DNA of 51,258 nt, taken from the IMG/VR virus record IMGVR_UViG_3300030207_004738, positions 1 through 51,258 of that record. One strand, given 5' to 3'. Below are positions 1-9,815 of this stretch, one piece after another. The stretch is from a virus (lineage: Duplodnaviria; Caudoviricetes). The position numbers were made by a program, and so were the translations under genes. Each line of letters starts with the position of its first letter. Within the stretch, counting starts at the first letter, position 1. The notes beneath the pieces are model-generated. The model was not told the DNA's origin. It searched no databases and saw only the letters and a list, made by a program, of their open reading frames with translations.

Positions 1-578
1 TGAACTTGTATCTTCGCCCAATAAGCACCAGTTTTAACTTCTTTGTATAAAAACTGAGCAGGAGTTTTTTCAAATCTTTCTTTCCATTGTTTAGCTTTCC
101 TAAACTTCCTATTCCAGCGAATACAACCATAAACATGATTTTCAAAATCTACAATTTGCTCAAGTTGACCTCTGGATTTGTCAATTAACTCATCTATCTT
201 ATCTTGGGAGAGTAGTCTATACTTTGGCAACTGACTTTTGATAAAATCATTATAGAATACTTCATTATAGTCATCAAAAACTACTGCAACTTCATCAATT
301 TTTTTACCATTGAAAGCGGTATTCATACCTCCATTTGGGGAGCGTTTTTTCGCCCTGCACTTATTATTGCGAAACCATAAAAGGACTTGCTCTACCACTT
401 CTTCTCTTTTGTTTGCCGATATGACTTTAGTCCAATAATATCCTCGGTCATCAAAACCTATTGACCACTTGTGACCTTTTCTCGCATTTCTCGGAGGAGG
501 AACGTGATTGTCAACGTATATCTTTAACGTATAAGACCGTCTTGGCTTTTCCTCGGTTTGTTTTTTGTTACTACTCAT
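1..578 (-). CDS. hypothetical protein, runs off the left window edge
   Basis: Manual translation from ATG at 578 (MSSNKKQTEEKPRRSYTLKIYVDN...) stays open to position 1; same strand as neighbours. Confidence 0.7.
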   Translation of the reverse strand, partial: MSSNKKQTEEKPRRSYTLKIYVDNHVPPPRNARKGHKWSIGFDDRGYYWTKVISANKREEVVEQVLLWFRNNKCRAKKRSPNGGMNTAFNGKKIDEVAVVFDDYNEVFYNDFIKSQLPKYRLLSQDKIDELIDKSRGQLEQIVDFENHVYGCIRWNRKFRKAKQWKERFEKTPAQFLYKEVKTGAYWAKIQV

Positions 579-602
579 AAAAATTATTTTTACCAATCGA
601 GA

Positions 603-839
603 TTAACCTTTTTTATCAAACCAACCAGCAGATTTCGCTGCCTTCCTTCTCCATTTTTCTTCCAATTTATCCAAGTCCTTACTTAACCCAATTTCCATTC
701 TTACAGTATAGGAATTCTTGTGACTCGCTATACTATTGATTAAACAGTCAAACCTTTTTTTAACGAAAGGTAATTCTGATTTTAATTCATTTAACCTATT
801 CGATGCTTTACCGTATATCATTTTCATTACTTTTTCCAA
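603..839 (-). CDS. hypothetical protein
   Basis: 78 aa ORF in a tightly packed minus-strand run; start uncertain. Confidence 0.55.
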   Translation of the reverse strand: MEKVMKMIYGKASNRLNELKSELPFVKKRFDCLINSIASHKNSYTVRMEIGLSKDLDKLEEKWRRKAAKSAGWFDKKG

Positions 840-1141
840 GTTGGATTATACTTCTCTTGTAAACTTACCCATGCACTCGTATATAGTTTCTCATACTTAA
901 CTCTTTCATACTTGTCCCAAAAATACTTATTATACTGCTCTCTACGGTCTTTGACAGGCACAAATTCTGAGTGAATTATATGTTGCGCTCTACTCGGTGA
1001 GCATCTAATACATTTATCATGGAAAAAGAAGCGACTTTTTGCTTCACCTTCCAGTTCTCCCATTTCAATAGCTAATTGAATTGTGGAGTCCCACTTGCCT
1101 TTAATCGGCTCACCGCAAGTATAGCATTTTGTTTTAGTCAT
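827..1141 (-). CDS. hypothetical protein with CxxC...HxxC putative Zn ligands
   Basis: CYTC and HDKC motifs; overlaps neighbours as in an operon. Confidence 0.65.
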   Translation of the reverse strand: MTKTKCYTCGEPIKGKWDSTIQLAIEMGELEGEAKSRFFFHDKCIRCSPSRAQHIIHSEFVPVKDRREQYNKYFWDKYERVKYEKLYTSAWVSLQEKYNPTWKK

Positions 1142-1428
1142 CAGTCTAATCTATGTATAAATATCGGCGTGTAGTCTCCAACGTATGCGCTGACAACATT
1201 AAACTCCATATACTCATGCGCTTCATGCTCTGTCATGCTATCACGTTCCATTAAGATTTTCATGCACTTATCGTAATCATAGACTACCGTGCAATTTGAA
1301 TCGTAACCTATAATCGCTGCATCAAAACCGTCAGCAAAAACCGCATCGGCGTTTATATCTGATATGATATCGGTGCAAGTATAATGAGGAACATCTTTTT
1401 TCATTTCAACTCCTACGGGGTAACACAT
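1141..1428 (-). CDS. conserved phage hypothetical protein
   Basis: ADGFDAAIIG...VYDYDKC...EYMEFNV...GDYTPIF pattern is typical of small phage proteins; ATG at 1428 overlaps the upstream TAA (TAATG). Confidence 0.7.
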   Translation of the reverse strand: MCYPVGVEMKKDVPHYTCTDIISDINADAVFADGFDAAIIGYDSNCTVVYDYDKCMKILMERDSMTEHEAHEYMEFNVVSAYVGDYTPIFIHRLD

Positions 1429-2111
1429 TACGCTTCTAAAACTTTGCTCCAATAACGTGAGTTTTTACGCTTCTGGTTTTTGTCCCAATACAAGCACCGT
1501 GCCATGTAAGGTGCAATGCCTCGTTGCTCACTCCGCTCAAGCCAATCAGCTTCAATCTCATTATACAACTTGGAGTGCTTGGTCTGATTCAACCCATATA
1601 CTTGAAACAAATGAGTGTCCATGCAGACTACTTGAGCTTCAAGCGGGAACAGCATTTCAATCGCAAATGATGTTTTAGCCTTGCCTAATCCTAGAATTTT
1701 TTTAGCCAATCTATCGCGCCACTCAGCCCATCCTTCGCCACTAGCAGGATTAAGATAATCGTCAGGATTGTCCCAAAAAGCATCGTTAAAAGTCCCAATA
1801 TAATTGGTGCGGTTATTCTGCATCCCAACTCTAGTAGATTCGATAGCCGTGAATAAAGTGTCTGCATTATAATTCCAGAGTTCTAACTGATTGGTTTGCT
1901 CAAGTGTCCACTTTCCAAATTGTTTGATTGCATTGTAGCCCTTGCAGTTATTCTTCCAACTGGTATGCACCGACATGAAGGCGAATAAGTATCTGCGAAA
2001 TGCTGCATTATTTGATTGAGGTTTCAATTCTCCCCAATAATCGTTGTAGGATTCTATATCTCTGTCTTTGATTGATTCAAAGAAGTGTTCGACCTTTGTA
2101 GTAGTAATCAT
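1428..2111 (-). CDS. HhH-GPD superfamily DNA glycosylase/AP lyase (Ogg/EndoIII-like)
   Basis: Helix-hairpin-helix ILGLGKAKTS followed by VCMDTHL carrying the catalytic Asp. Confidence 0.7.
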   Translation of the reverse strand: MITTTKVEHFFESIKDRDIESYNDYWGELKPQSNNAAFRRYLFAFMSVHTSWKNNCKGYNAIKQFGKWTLEQTNQLELWNYNADTLFTAIESTRVGMQNNRTNYIGTFNDAFWDNPDDYLNPASGEGWAEWRDRLAKKILGLGKAKTSFAIEMLFPLEAQVVCMDTHLFQVYGLNQTKHSKLYNEIEADWLERSEQRGIAPYMARCLYWDKNQKRKNSRYWSKVLEA

Positions 2112-2146
2112 AAAAATATTTTTTTTAGTTTGCGGTTAATGTTTTT

Positions 2147-2231
2147 TAGCAGTCAAAACCCTGCCAGAGACTTACATTAGTTGAAAACTCAAACGACTAA
2201 ATGCTCTGACAGAATCTTGTTATGACTACTA
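2147..2231 (-). other. long intergenic RNA stem-loop (possible RNase III processing site or terminator)
   Basis: Minus strand: TAGTAGTC pairs with GACTGCTA and AAGATTCTGTCAGAG pairs with CTCTGGCAGGGTTTT; the mismatches are G-U pairs only on the minus strand. Confidence 0.6.
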
Positions 2232-2233
2232 CA

Positions 2234-3091
2234 TCACTTTTTAGCGGAAAGCGAATCCACTAAATCCTTTTTTGCTGTCTCGTAACCAGCATCAAAACCA
2301 TTAGCCCAAGTTGCTGTTTTTTGATGGGAGTTATCATCGTAATCCTCATCGTCTAATTCGACGTAATCACCGTAATCATCGCACATTGGTTCTTCCAGCT
2401 TCTTTTCAAAGTGAGAAACAACCTTATACTTTGCGGTGCGGAGTTTTTGCTGGTCGCAATCCAGCGGAACGCTAACAACATCGCGAGGGTCGATTTCAAC
2501 AACCATCAAATGACCTCCATTGCCGTATCCCTTGGCATACTCCAAGCTACCAGCATGAAAACCGTAAGAACAACCAATGTTAGCATCGTCGCAAACATTA
2601 TTGCGAATCATTTCATGCTCATCACCAACTTGATTACGGAATTTGCCAGAGTGCCAATCGGTGTAATCTTCGCGAACTCCTTTGTAAGCAAGGAAATTGC
2701 CGTCAGGAGTGAGAGGCATCGCTTTGTGTTCTAGGAACGAATACAACTCGTTAACTGCTCGGCGTGATGGATTCTCCATTAGCTTATCCAAAAACCTCAC
2801 CAGAGGCTTATACGGTAGCCCTTGACGCATAAAGTCTAGGACTCGACCAACAACGTGATTGTGAATCACCTCATCTTTATAGCGAACTTCTCCATCGGAG
2901 ACAGAGATGTTTCCATCTGCGAATTTTTCGACTGCCTTTGGAACGTCGAACAAGTCAGGCAATTCATCAAACCGTTCTTCTATTAAAAGTTTGGTTGCCT
3001 CGTTAAATGATGGATTTGTTTTCTCCATCGTGAGTGCTTTACCATCCACTACGATGGTCAGCGAGTTATCAGTAAGTATGTATGGTAACAT
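2234..3091 (-). CDS. rIIB: rIIB-like protein
   Basis: FLDKLMENPS...ELYSFL...TPDGNFLAYKGV...CSYGFHAGS...VEIDPRDVVSVP motifs; directly downstream of rIIA-like gene. Confidence 0.85.
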   Translation of the reverse strand: MLPYILTDNSLTIVVDGKALTMEKTNPSFNEATKLLIEERFDELPDLFDVPKAVEKFADGNISVSDGEVRYKDEVIHNHVVGRVLDFMRQGLPYKPLVRFLDKLMENPSRRAVNELYSFLEHKAMPLTPDGNFLAYKGVREDYTDWHSGKFRNQVGDEHEMIRNNVCDDANIGCSYGFHAGSLEYAKGYGNGGHLMVVEIDPRDVVSVPLDCDQQKLRTAKYKVVSHFEKKLEEPMCDDYGDYVELDDEDYDDNSHQKTATWANGFDAGYETAKKDLVDSLSAKK

Positions 3092-3108
3092 ATTAGTCCT
3101 TTCGTTTT

Positions 3109-5541
3109 TTATGCGTTAGCATTTAAGAAAATGTTCTCTGGAAACTTTGCAAGCAAATCAGCGTTTGATGCCTTTGTTTTTTCTATCTTTTTTTTAATGT
3201 TATATGTCGCTTCAACTATGGTGATGTATTCTTTTGCTGCTTTTATAGACTTGGTTTGATTCCTCCAATTATAGTTAGAGTCATCCATCAATGTAATCAT
3301 CTTATAGCGTTTCTGACATTCCTCGTTTATTGCATTCAAATCATGCTCTGGTTCACGCAACCAATCCCAATCTTTAGTCAGGCAATAGTCTAGGATACCT
3401 CTTGTGTCAGGATTTTTAATCTTTTCAAATTTTTCCTTGGTATCGCAATAACTATACCCATATTCACGGGTTGATTTGCCAATCGTATTGAAAGCGTCTC
3501 TGATTTTAGATAACTCTTTATCTGCTTCGCTTCCGCTTTCGCGATTCATTTCATGGAAACGAGTGAGGTATGTTTTAGCTAATGACTCTGGAAGCGAATC
3601 AATAAAACTATCATCTTTTTCACTCATTGTTATTAGCGCATCACAAAATTCATCGTGACGGTCGCATAACTTGGTATGATTTTCTGCTACTAATTTGAAG
3701 TATAAATCTTCGACGTAACCGAGTTCACCGATATAGTTTTGAAACGCTTCAATCGCCCAATCTTCAAAATAAGTCCATTGCTTGCCGTCTACTGCTTTTA
3801 AGTTCTTCTCAGTAGGTTTCATCGCATAAACAGTAGGAACATCTATACCTATGTTTGTTAATGCGTTTGCCTTTTTAACAAGATATGCAGGATGATTATC
3901 CCCATCTCTGTCATTTCCCCAATAGAATTTATCTACGATGACATAAACTCCCCCTTCATCTAAATCAACTTCATTAGACTGAAAGAAATCACTTCGACAG
4001 TTATGATAATGACCATGAGAGCATTCCGCATCTAAAGAGAAAACCTTGGTGCTATGCTTTGAGTTTTTAGTAGTGCTAGTGCCACCCGATACGGTTGAAT
4101 TACTTGGGTATATATCACGCAATATAACCTTGGGATACTCTGACAGTTTCTTTGTAGGAAAGTCAAATTTAGTTTGGTCGTAAAACTCCTGCTTGGCTTT
4201 ACTTTCGCGGAAGTTTATCAAATAAACAGATTCATATACGGGAGTATCCTTGTGCTGCTCATCGCGCTTATCGTAATTCTCTACTAAAGGTGCGATACGA
4301 TTCAGTCTACCGTGATGCGTAGGCAAGTCATCTATAATTATTAAAACATCATTTTTAGCATAAATGTTATTAGATTCCTCGCCTCTAACACGCTTACGAT
4401 TCCCGTAATTATTAGGCTTACTGAAATGTTTTAATTCAAGATTCTCAGATTTCCATTTTTGAGTGCTGAAAGTTCCATTAGTAACCTTGATACCATTCCA
4501 TAAAATACCCTTGGTTTCTACTATTTTGCGAATCTTTTGACCAAAACCTCCATGCCGAAAAGCCTCATTATATAAAATCTTTACATCCCATAAAGTATCA
4601 CATTCTTCAAACTTTTCGCCCAATACGCTTGGTAATGCTTTGATGATCTCATCGAGTTTATTAGTAATGACTTTTTTAGTAGCATCAGTATATTGCAACG
4701 CTTCGCGGGAAGCGGAGATTTCCAAGTCTCCAATCGCAAAATCAATTACAATTCCTGACGAAATCAAATCAGCTTTATCATCCTGCCAACCTATGTTTAA
4801 CGCACCAGAATCTAATGGGTAAGCAATGTTGCCCATAACCGCATAGGAATCGCCTTTTACGAGATTCCAGTTGTCTTTACCAACTACAACCTCATCACGT
4901 TTCAAATCATTCTTTAGTTGCTCTTGGTTTGCTCCGCGAACATTAGGAACAACTTTGAAATACTTGTATAATCTAGTAGCTTTCTTGTAAAACTCATCAT
5001 AATCATCAGACTTTACTGGTATGACAATCTCGATGCCGTCATTCTCATCAGTCTTTTCAGAGTGAATCTTGGAGATTTGCCCAACGTCAGATGGGTCGAT
5101 GAAAGCGTTGTAGGTTGTTTTAGTGCCTTTAACGAATGAGTTGATTACGAAGTTATCCCCATAAGCGAATGCTGATTTTGAGCCGAGTCCCAACTGACCG
5201 ATTTGTTCATTTGTGCTTCGTTTAGTGGATTCACCATACATTGCATAAATCTCAGACACTTGGGTTTCTGTTAAACCTCGCCCGAAATCGCGCACCTTGA
5301 ACTCAGGGGTCATTTGAGTTGGCAGAGTCACTTTAATAGGAGTGTCTGCTTTGCCTACTTCAATATGAGCGTCTACCGCATTAGTAGAATACTCGCGGAT
5401 AACTGCGAGAATCTTATCAGAATATAACTGATTTCTCAGGACATTGAAGATATGAGAGAGTCCACTCTCTTTGATCCCGAAGGATACCGACTTGAAATCG
5501 TCGGACTGTTTTAGCGTTGTCTGTTTGGATGTAGTAATCAT
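3109..5541 (-). CDS. rIIA: rIIA-like protein with N-terminal GHKL/Hsp90-like ATPase domain
   Basis: LYSDKILAVIREYSTNAVDAH, VRDFGRGL, YGESTK and GQLGLGSKSAFAY motifs; paired with rIIB. Confidence 0.85.
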   Translation of the reverse strand: MITTSKQTTLKQSDDFKSVSFGIKESGLSHIFNVLRNQLYSDKILAVIREYSTNAVDAHIEVGKADTPIKVTLPTQMTPEFKVRDFGRGLTETQVSEIYAMYGESTKRSTNEQIGQLGLGSKSAFAYGDNFVINSFVKGTKTTYNAFIDPSDVGQISKIHSEKTDENDGIEIVIPVKSDDYDEFYKKATRLYKYFKVVPNVRGANQEQLKNDLKRDEVVVGKDNWNLVKGDSYAVMGNIAYPLDSGALNIGWQDDKADLISSGIVIDFAIGDLEISASREALQYTDATKKVITNKLDEIIKALPSVLGEKFEECDTLWDVKILYNEAFRHGGFGQKIRKIVETKGILWNGIKVTNGTFSTQKWKSENLELKHFSKPNNYGNRKRVRGEESNNIYAKNDVLIIIDDLPTHHGRLNRIAPLVENYDKRDEQHKDTPVYESVYLINFRESKAKQEFYDQTKFDFPTKKLSEYPKVILRDIYPSNSTVSGGTSTTKNSKHSTKVFSLDAECSHGHYHNCRSDFFQSNEVDLDEGGVYVIVDKFYWGNDRDGDNHPAYLVKKANALTNIGIDVPTVYAMKPTEKNLKAVDGKQWTYFEDWAIEAFQNYIGELGYVEDLYFKLVAENHTKLCDRHDEFCDALITMSEKDDSFIDSLPESLAKTYLTRFHEMNRESGSEADKELSKIRDAFNTIGKSTREYGYSYCDTKEKFEKIKNPDTRGILDYCLTKDWDWLREPEHDLNAINEECQKRYKMITLMDDSNYNWRNQTKSIKAAKEYITIVEATYNIKKKIEKTKASNADLLAKFPENIFLNANA

Positions 5542-5551
5542 GCCGAGAAAC

Positions 5552-5580
5552 AGAATAAGCTAAACGGGGAACCGTGTCAA
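5552..5580 (-). promoter_or_regulatory. sigma70-type promoter for rIIA (near-leaderless)
   Basis: TTGACA-17 nt-TATTCT, 10 nt before the ATG at 5541. Confidence 0.7.
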
Positions 5581-5669
5581 CCCCTAAAATTGAAAAACTT
5601 TTGGTATGCAAAAAAAAAATTTTTATGTGCTAAAAAAACAGAATTTTAGCTTCATAAAAAAAATTTTTA

Positions 5670-5996
5670 TCATTCCTCCTGCTCACCTTGCCTTTTCTCA
5701 TCCTCATAATAATGATAAATTACCTTGGCATCATCCCCTTCAAAAAAATAAAAATTATGGTAGTCATCTCCTATCCAATCATTCTTTTCATCATCGAAAG
5801 TAAAGGTTCGAGTTTTTGGGGTAAAGTGTTTATTTGGCTTTTTTTGATTCATAATTGAAATTTCAGAGTCTCTATCAACACATTCACTCATTAACGGCCA
5901 AGGCATGTCAGAATGAGGGGTAAAATTTTCCTCGTGGGAAGGAGTCGGGCCTTCGCGTGGGGTAAATATGTGTTTATTTGGCGTTTTTTCGTTCAC
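5670..5996 (-). CDS. hypothetical protein with internal N-terminal repeat
   Basis: MNEKTPNKHIFTP and MNQKKPNKHFTP occur in frame. Confidence 0.55.
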   Translation of the reverse strand: MNEKTPNKHIFTPREGPTPSHEENFTPHSDMPWPLMSECVDRDSEISIMNQKKPNKHFTPKTRTFTFDDEKNDWIGDDYHNFYFFEGDDAKVIYHYYEDEKRQGEQEE

Positions 5997-6349
5997 AATT
6001 CACTTTGTAATCTTTCTTTAACTATCTTCATCGCTTTTTTTTCAAATTCACTATATTCTACTTCCGTCATCTTAGCGCATTCTTCATCCGACAAATGATC
6101 CATTAGATACAAAGAAAATTCAAGCTCTTCTTCAGTAGGGTATCTCATTTCATGTTCTTTACCCGGCGGAATCTCACCTAACCAAACCACCATTCTTCTG
6201 TCTTGAACGTCTTTAGAGCTCATTGTCATTTGCAATCCCGTTATTAGATACACCACGATTAAAAAAAAATAAAATATAAGTATCTTCCTGAGAAGAATTT
6301 CTCCCAATGTCCGTCTAAATATGTGTTTATTTGGCGTTTTCTGATTCAC
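5822..6349. repeat. three copies of a ~31-34 bp direct repeat
   Basis: Core TGTTTATTTGGC(G/T)TTTT at 5822-5852, 5963-5996 and 6316-6349. Confidence 0.8.
5993..6349 (-). CDS. hypothetical membrane protein
   Basis: Hydrophobic ILIFYFFLIVVYLITGL segment; probable GTG start at 6349 within the repeat (ORF track extends to 6385). Confidence 0.6.
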   Translation of the reverse strand: MNQKTPNKHIFRRTLGEILLRKILIFYFFLIVVYLITGLQMTMSSKDVQDRRMVVWLGEIPPGKEHEMRYPTEEELEFSLYLMDHLSDEECAKMTEVEYSEFEKKAMKIVKERLQSEL

Positions 6350-6590
6350 CTTTGAATGGATATTGTCTGTATTCAAAATCCTCACACTTCTCCTGTTTTC
6401 TTCCCTGCTTGTCTATATAATATTCTTTTTCAGGAGGATCCTCCCCTTCAAAATCTTTCCAATCAAACTCTTTTTCAAGGGCTTCCATGTTACTCATACC
6501 CATCCAGAAGAGTCCTCGGCCATCTTTGTCGTTAGAAAGGCTTAGCATCCCTCTTCTTGCCATTTTGAATATTAGTTCTTTATACGTCAT
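6327..6590 (-). CDS. hypothetical protein
   Basis: 87 aa ORF; ATG overlaps the stop of the upstream small ORF. Confidence 0.55.
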   Translation of the reverse strand: MTYKELIFKMARRGMLSLSNDKDGRGLFWMGMSNMEALEKEFDWKDFEGEDPPEKEYYIDKQGRKQEKCEDFEYRQYPFKGESENAK

Positions 6591-6715
6591 TTGTCGCTAT
6601 TCTTATCCTTCTTTCTTTTCTTTTTTTCTTCTACTAATAAGGTAGACGACCAAGCAAACATGAATGCTATAAAGATTATTAACCCAGAGGTAACTTGTAA
6701 CGCTAATTCAATCAT
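6587..6715 (-). CDS. small membrane protein (42 aa, below the ORF track cutoff)
   Basis: Manual translation MIELALQVTSGLIIFIAFMFAWSSTLLVEEKKKRKKDKNSDK: one TM segment plus a basic tail; ATGA overlap with next ORF. Confidence 0.6.
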   Translation of the reverse strand: MIELALQVTSGLIIFIAFMFAWSSTLLVEEKKKRKKDKNSDK

Positions 6716-6805
6716 ACTAAATATTTAGCGGCCAAAAAACAATTTAATACAATGCATAAAAATATAAGAATCCAAAAACTTATAATTTCCTTTTTTGTCA
6801 TTTCT

Positions 6806-8701
6806 CTATTCTATACCCAACACTCTCTCTAGACTATTTTTTATCTTATTCTCCGAAAGATAGTCCATTGTAAATTTTTGGCTGACCTCTTGTTTATTTG
6901 CCCATTCTTGTTTCTTATTTGTGAAGTCTTCATAAGCTTTTCTTAACTGTAATCTAGTATCTTCAAAATCTGGTTCAACCAATTTCATCTCAGAGGAATA
7001 ATTGCGGCTCCAACCCGCGCACCTTAAAGACTCCCACCTGCTTTTGATAAAATAATTACTTTCATGTATGTAATCCAGATGGCCACCTTGTTCAGGAACT
7101 ACGACCCTTTTAGCCTTCATTAAAGCTTCAGCTATTGTAAGTCCGAACCCTTCCCCTCTCGTCGTGGTCGCATACAAATCTATGTTTTGGTACAGGTTGT
7201 CTATTTGTTTGGATGTTATCCCTCCCCACCATAATTTAATTTGACACTTTGGTAATTGATTGTAACGCATACAATTAAGCTTAAAGTTTTTTATAGACTC
7301 TAAAGCTCGTGACTTTTCATAAGGTAGATTTTTTTGCCCAAAGGTTTTTATAGTAAGTTCAATATTCTCTTCTTCAAAGAACTCGCATAAAAAGGCCTGT
7401 ATAAGTATATCAAAGCCTTTTCTGTCTGACCATTGCGACATAGACAATATTCTAAATTTATTTGAGTTAGTTGTTTGGGTAGAAGTTGTTAAGTTTATAG
7501 AGTGAGGTACTACATGAACCGGCTTATCTGTAACCGAACTTAGATTATTTTTTTGCAAATTACAAAACGTTATTAATTCATCAAAATATTTATCAAAAAA
7601 AGTTTTCCATATTGGAGGGATCCCTTTTGGCTCCCAAGCTACAAAAGCTATTTTTTTAGTTGCGTTATTGATGACTTGCGCTATATCAAACCCGCAGCTT
7701 TTAGTTGCTTCCTGCATTAGCCTCTCTCCCGGTTCTATCTGATATAATGCAATATATTTATCAGGAATACATCTAAGGTTTTTAACCAAACATTTTTTCA
7801 AATTATGCGGCTCTTCTCCATAATCACCACCTGTAAAATTTATAACTTTTATTGATATTTCTGAATGACCGCTCAGTATTTTGAAATAGCCCCTGACCGC
7901 ATTGGCATAGCCTGTAGGGCCGCTGAACCTACCAATATATACTATATTTATTTGTGAACCTGATTGGGGAGGCGGATTTTCTTTCTTTAAGGTTTTTGTC
8001 TCCAAAGAATTTATTTGTTTTCTCCAATGGTTTTCGCCAAGCCCGCTAAAAAATTCACATATAGTAGAGTTACCTCCTCCAAAATGAGGCTCAGACTTCT
8101 CTTCTAGTAAATTACAATTATAAGAAGTTCGATTTATTACATGGCTAAAAGCATCAGGACCGGATAACCAAAGAATATCGTAAGCTTCTTTTATTTTTAT
8201 CCTTCTTTTGAGCCTGACTGAAATCTCCTTTAGAATATCTAAAATAATAGGGTTATTTTTAGGAGCGTAAATGAGGCTATTTACAATTCTTCGCCTGTCC
8301 TCCGGTTTTCCATTTCTATTTCTAAGATTAATTGTAGCTTTTTGTTGTTTTTTAGAAATATATCTTTCGATAACAAAAAAAGGCTTACTAGGATTTTTTT
8401 TAATTAAATCTCTAACAAAAAAAGACCTAAAAGCGGCATCATAGTCGCTATAAATCCCTCCATATTTATAAAGTATACAAAGACGAGAAACGTCAGAAAG
8501 TATTACTGGATACTTTGCGTACTCTTCAAAACATATCAGTAAATTTTTATCTATTTTCTCGGCGATGCTTTTTATTTCTGGCAAGTCCGAATCAGACCAT
8601 TCTTTTATAGACCAGCCGGGTAAGAATTCTTTAACGCTATCGAAGTAGAAGTTAAATGTTGTTTTATTTGACCCAAACCAAATATTGTGAATAACATTCA
8701 T
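6806..8701 (-). CDS. bifunctional glycosyltransferase: N-terminal GT32/OCH1-like DxD domain plus C-terminal GT4 (GT-B) domain
   Basis: IHNIWFG, SDVSRLCILYKYGGIYSDYD and SGP (GT32); RKGFDIL and RGEGFGLTIAEAL (GT4). Confidence 0.85.
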   Translation of the reverse strand: MNVIHNIWFGSNKTTFNFYFDSVKEFLPGWSIKEWSDSDLPEIKSIAEKIDKNLLICFEEYAKYPVILSDVSRLCILYKYGGIYSDYDAAFRSFFVRDLIKKNPSKPFFVIERYISKKQQKATINLRNRNGKPEDRRRIVNSLIYAPKNNPIILDILKEISVRLKRRIKIKEAYDILWLSGPDAFSHVINRTSYNCNLLEEKSEPHFGGGNSTICEFFSGLGENHWRKQINSLETKTLKKENPPPQSGSQINIVYIGRFSGPTGYANAVRGYFKILSGHSEISIKVINFTGGDYGEEPHNLKKCLVKNLRCIPDKYIALYQIEPGERLMQEATKSCGFDIAQVINNATKKIAFVAWEPKGIPPIWKTFFDKYFDELITFCNLQKNNLSSVTDKPVHVVPHSINLTTSTQTTNSNKFRILSMSQWSDRKGFDILIQAFLCEFFEEENIELTIKTFGQKNLPYEKSRALESIKNFKLNCMRYNQLPKCQIKLWWGGITSKQIDNLYQNIDLYATTTRGEGFGLTIAEALMKAKRVVVPEQGGHLDYIHESNYFIKSRWESLRCAGWSRNYSSEMKLVEPDFEDTRLQLRKAYEDFTNKKQEWANKQEVSQKFTMDYLSENKIKNSLERVLGIE

Positions 8702-8723
8702 TAAACTTAATTTTATGGAATTG

Positions 8724-8975
8724 CTAGTAACAGTCCGGGCAAACCTGCCCAGCCCCCTCTACATAATAGTATCTCTTATCGATATGATCAAATCTATCGT
8801 ATTCTGTTATACAGCCGCAGATAACGCACCTATCTTTAGTTTCCTCTATTAAAGATTCTTTTATGCAGTGAGCGACATGCTCCGCAATCTGAATCCTAGC
8901 CGCCTCACTATCAAAATTTATTTGAGGTCTAATGCTTGCGAGTTCATCCAAGGCTTTTTTTATATAATCTTTCAT
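8724..8975 (-). CDS. hypothetical protein with Zn-finger-like CxxC pairs
   Basis: CVICG...YVEGAGQVCPDC. Confidence 0.65.
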   Translation of the reverse strand: MKDYIKKALDELASIRPQINFDSEAARIQIAEHVAHCIKESLIEETKDRCVICGCITEYDRFDHIDKRYYYVEGAGQVCPDCY

Positions 8976-8976
8976 T

Positions 8977-9585
8977 TTAAAAAATCAAATGCTTAACATC
9001 TTCTATGTTTTTATGCGGCTTTCTAGCGTGCATTATAAAAGTATTTTCATCTGTAAACTGCGGTATAACATTAAACCCTGTTTTATCGTCCAATATAGCA
9101 TCAATTATATCCTGATATTTCTCGCCTTTCTGGCCTATGATGTACTTAAGTCCAAGCTGTTCCCACTCATCATTATTGAGGCTCCTACACATCTCCATCG
9201 TGTGTGTTTCCCACCATACTTTTAAAAGGTTATAACAGAACTGAGAATTTTTTACAAAGATAACTCCTGCGTTAATAGCTGTATAATTTCCCTCGGTGTC
9301 ACATTGTATAATAAACTCCTTACCATTCTTAATAAAGCTTTCAAGTTTTATATCAGAATTTATGATATAGGTATCAGCATCAGTCCATACAAGCCAGTCA
9401 AAATCCCGCAAATGTTTAATTAGATATAGTATTTTACTCCAAGATGGATGACAATATTCATTTAAGGATTCGGTATAAGACAGAAAAGTATAGCCGTGCT
9501 TGTCGCAATACTTTTGTTTATTTGGGAAACTGATAGCCCTATCATTATTTGGTGGGCACTCAAAACTGATAACACCAATGTTCAT
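8977..9585 (-). CDS. GT34-like (galactosyl/mannosyl) glycosyltransferase
   Basis: YCDKHGY, WSKI, DWLVWTDAD, INAGVIFVKNS and WEQ motifs. Confidence 0.8.
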   Translation of the reverse strand: MNIGVISFECPPNNDRAISFPNKQKYCDKHGYTFLSYTESLNEYCHPSWSKILYLIKHLRDFDWLVWTDADTYIINSDIKLESFIKNGKEFIIQCDTEGNYTAINAGVIFVKNSQFCYNLLKVWWETHTMEMCRSLNNDEWEQLGLKYIIGQKGEKYQDIIDAILDDKTGFNVIPQFTDENTFIMHARKPHKNIEDVKHLIF

Positions 9586-9815
9586 TAAAAGCTGCCTTTA
9601 ATAATAGTTATTCCTTTCGGGGTGGGCTCGCCTGTTTCGCTCCCGTTAATAAAAGGTCGCGGGTCTGAAAAGCGGGGGACTTCTTTATTAGCTTTTAGTT
9701 TTTTGCCTTGGGGTAACCACTCCCACTTGACACTATGACATCCGGAACAACCAATAAAAATTATAACTAATAAGAAGCATAAAAAAACTCTTTTTGCTAA
9801 AGTGTCTGGCGTCAT
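9585..9815 (-). CDS. putative lipoprotein/membrane protein
   Basis: Basic N-terminus, hydrophobic stretch, lipobox-like IGC/SGC. Confidence 0.5.
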   Translation of the reverse strand: MTPDTLAKRVFLCFLLVIIFIGCSGCHSVKWEWLPQGKKLKANKEVPRFSDPRPFINGSETGEPTPKGITIIKGSF

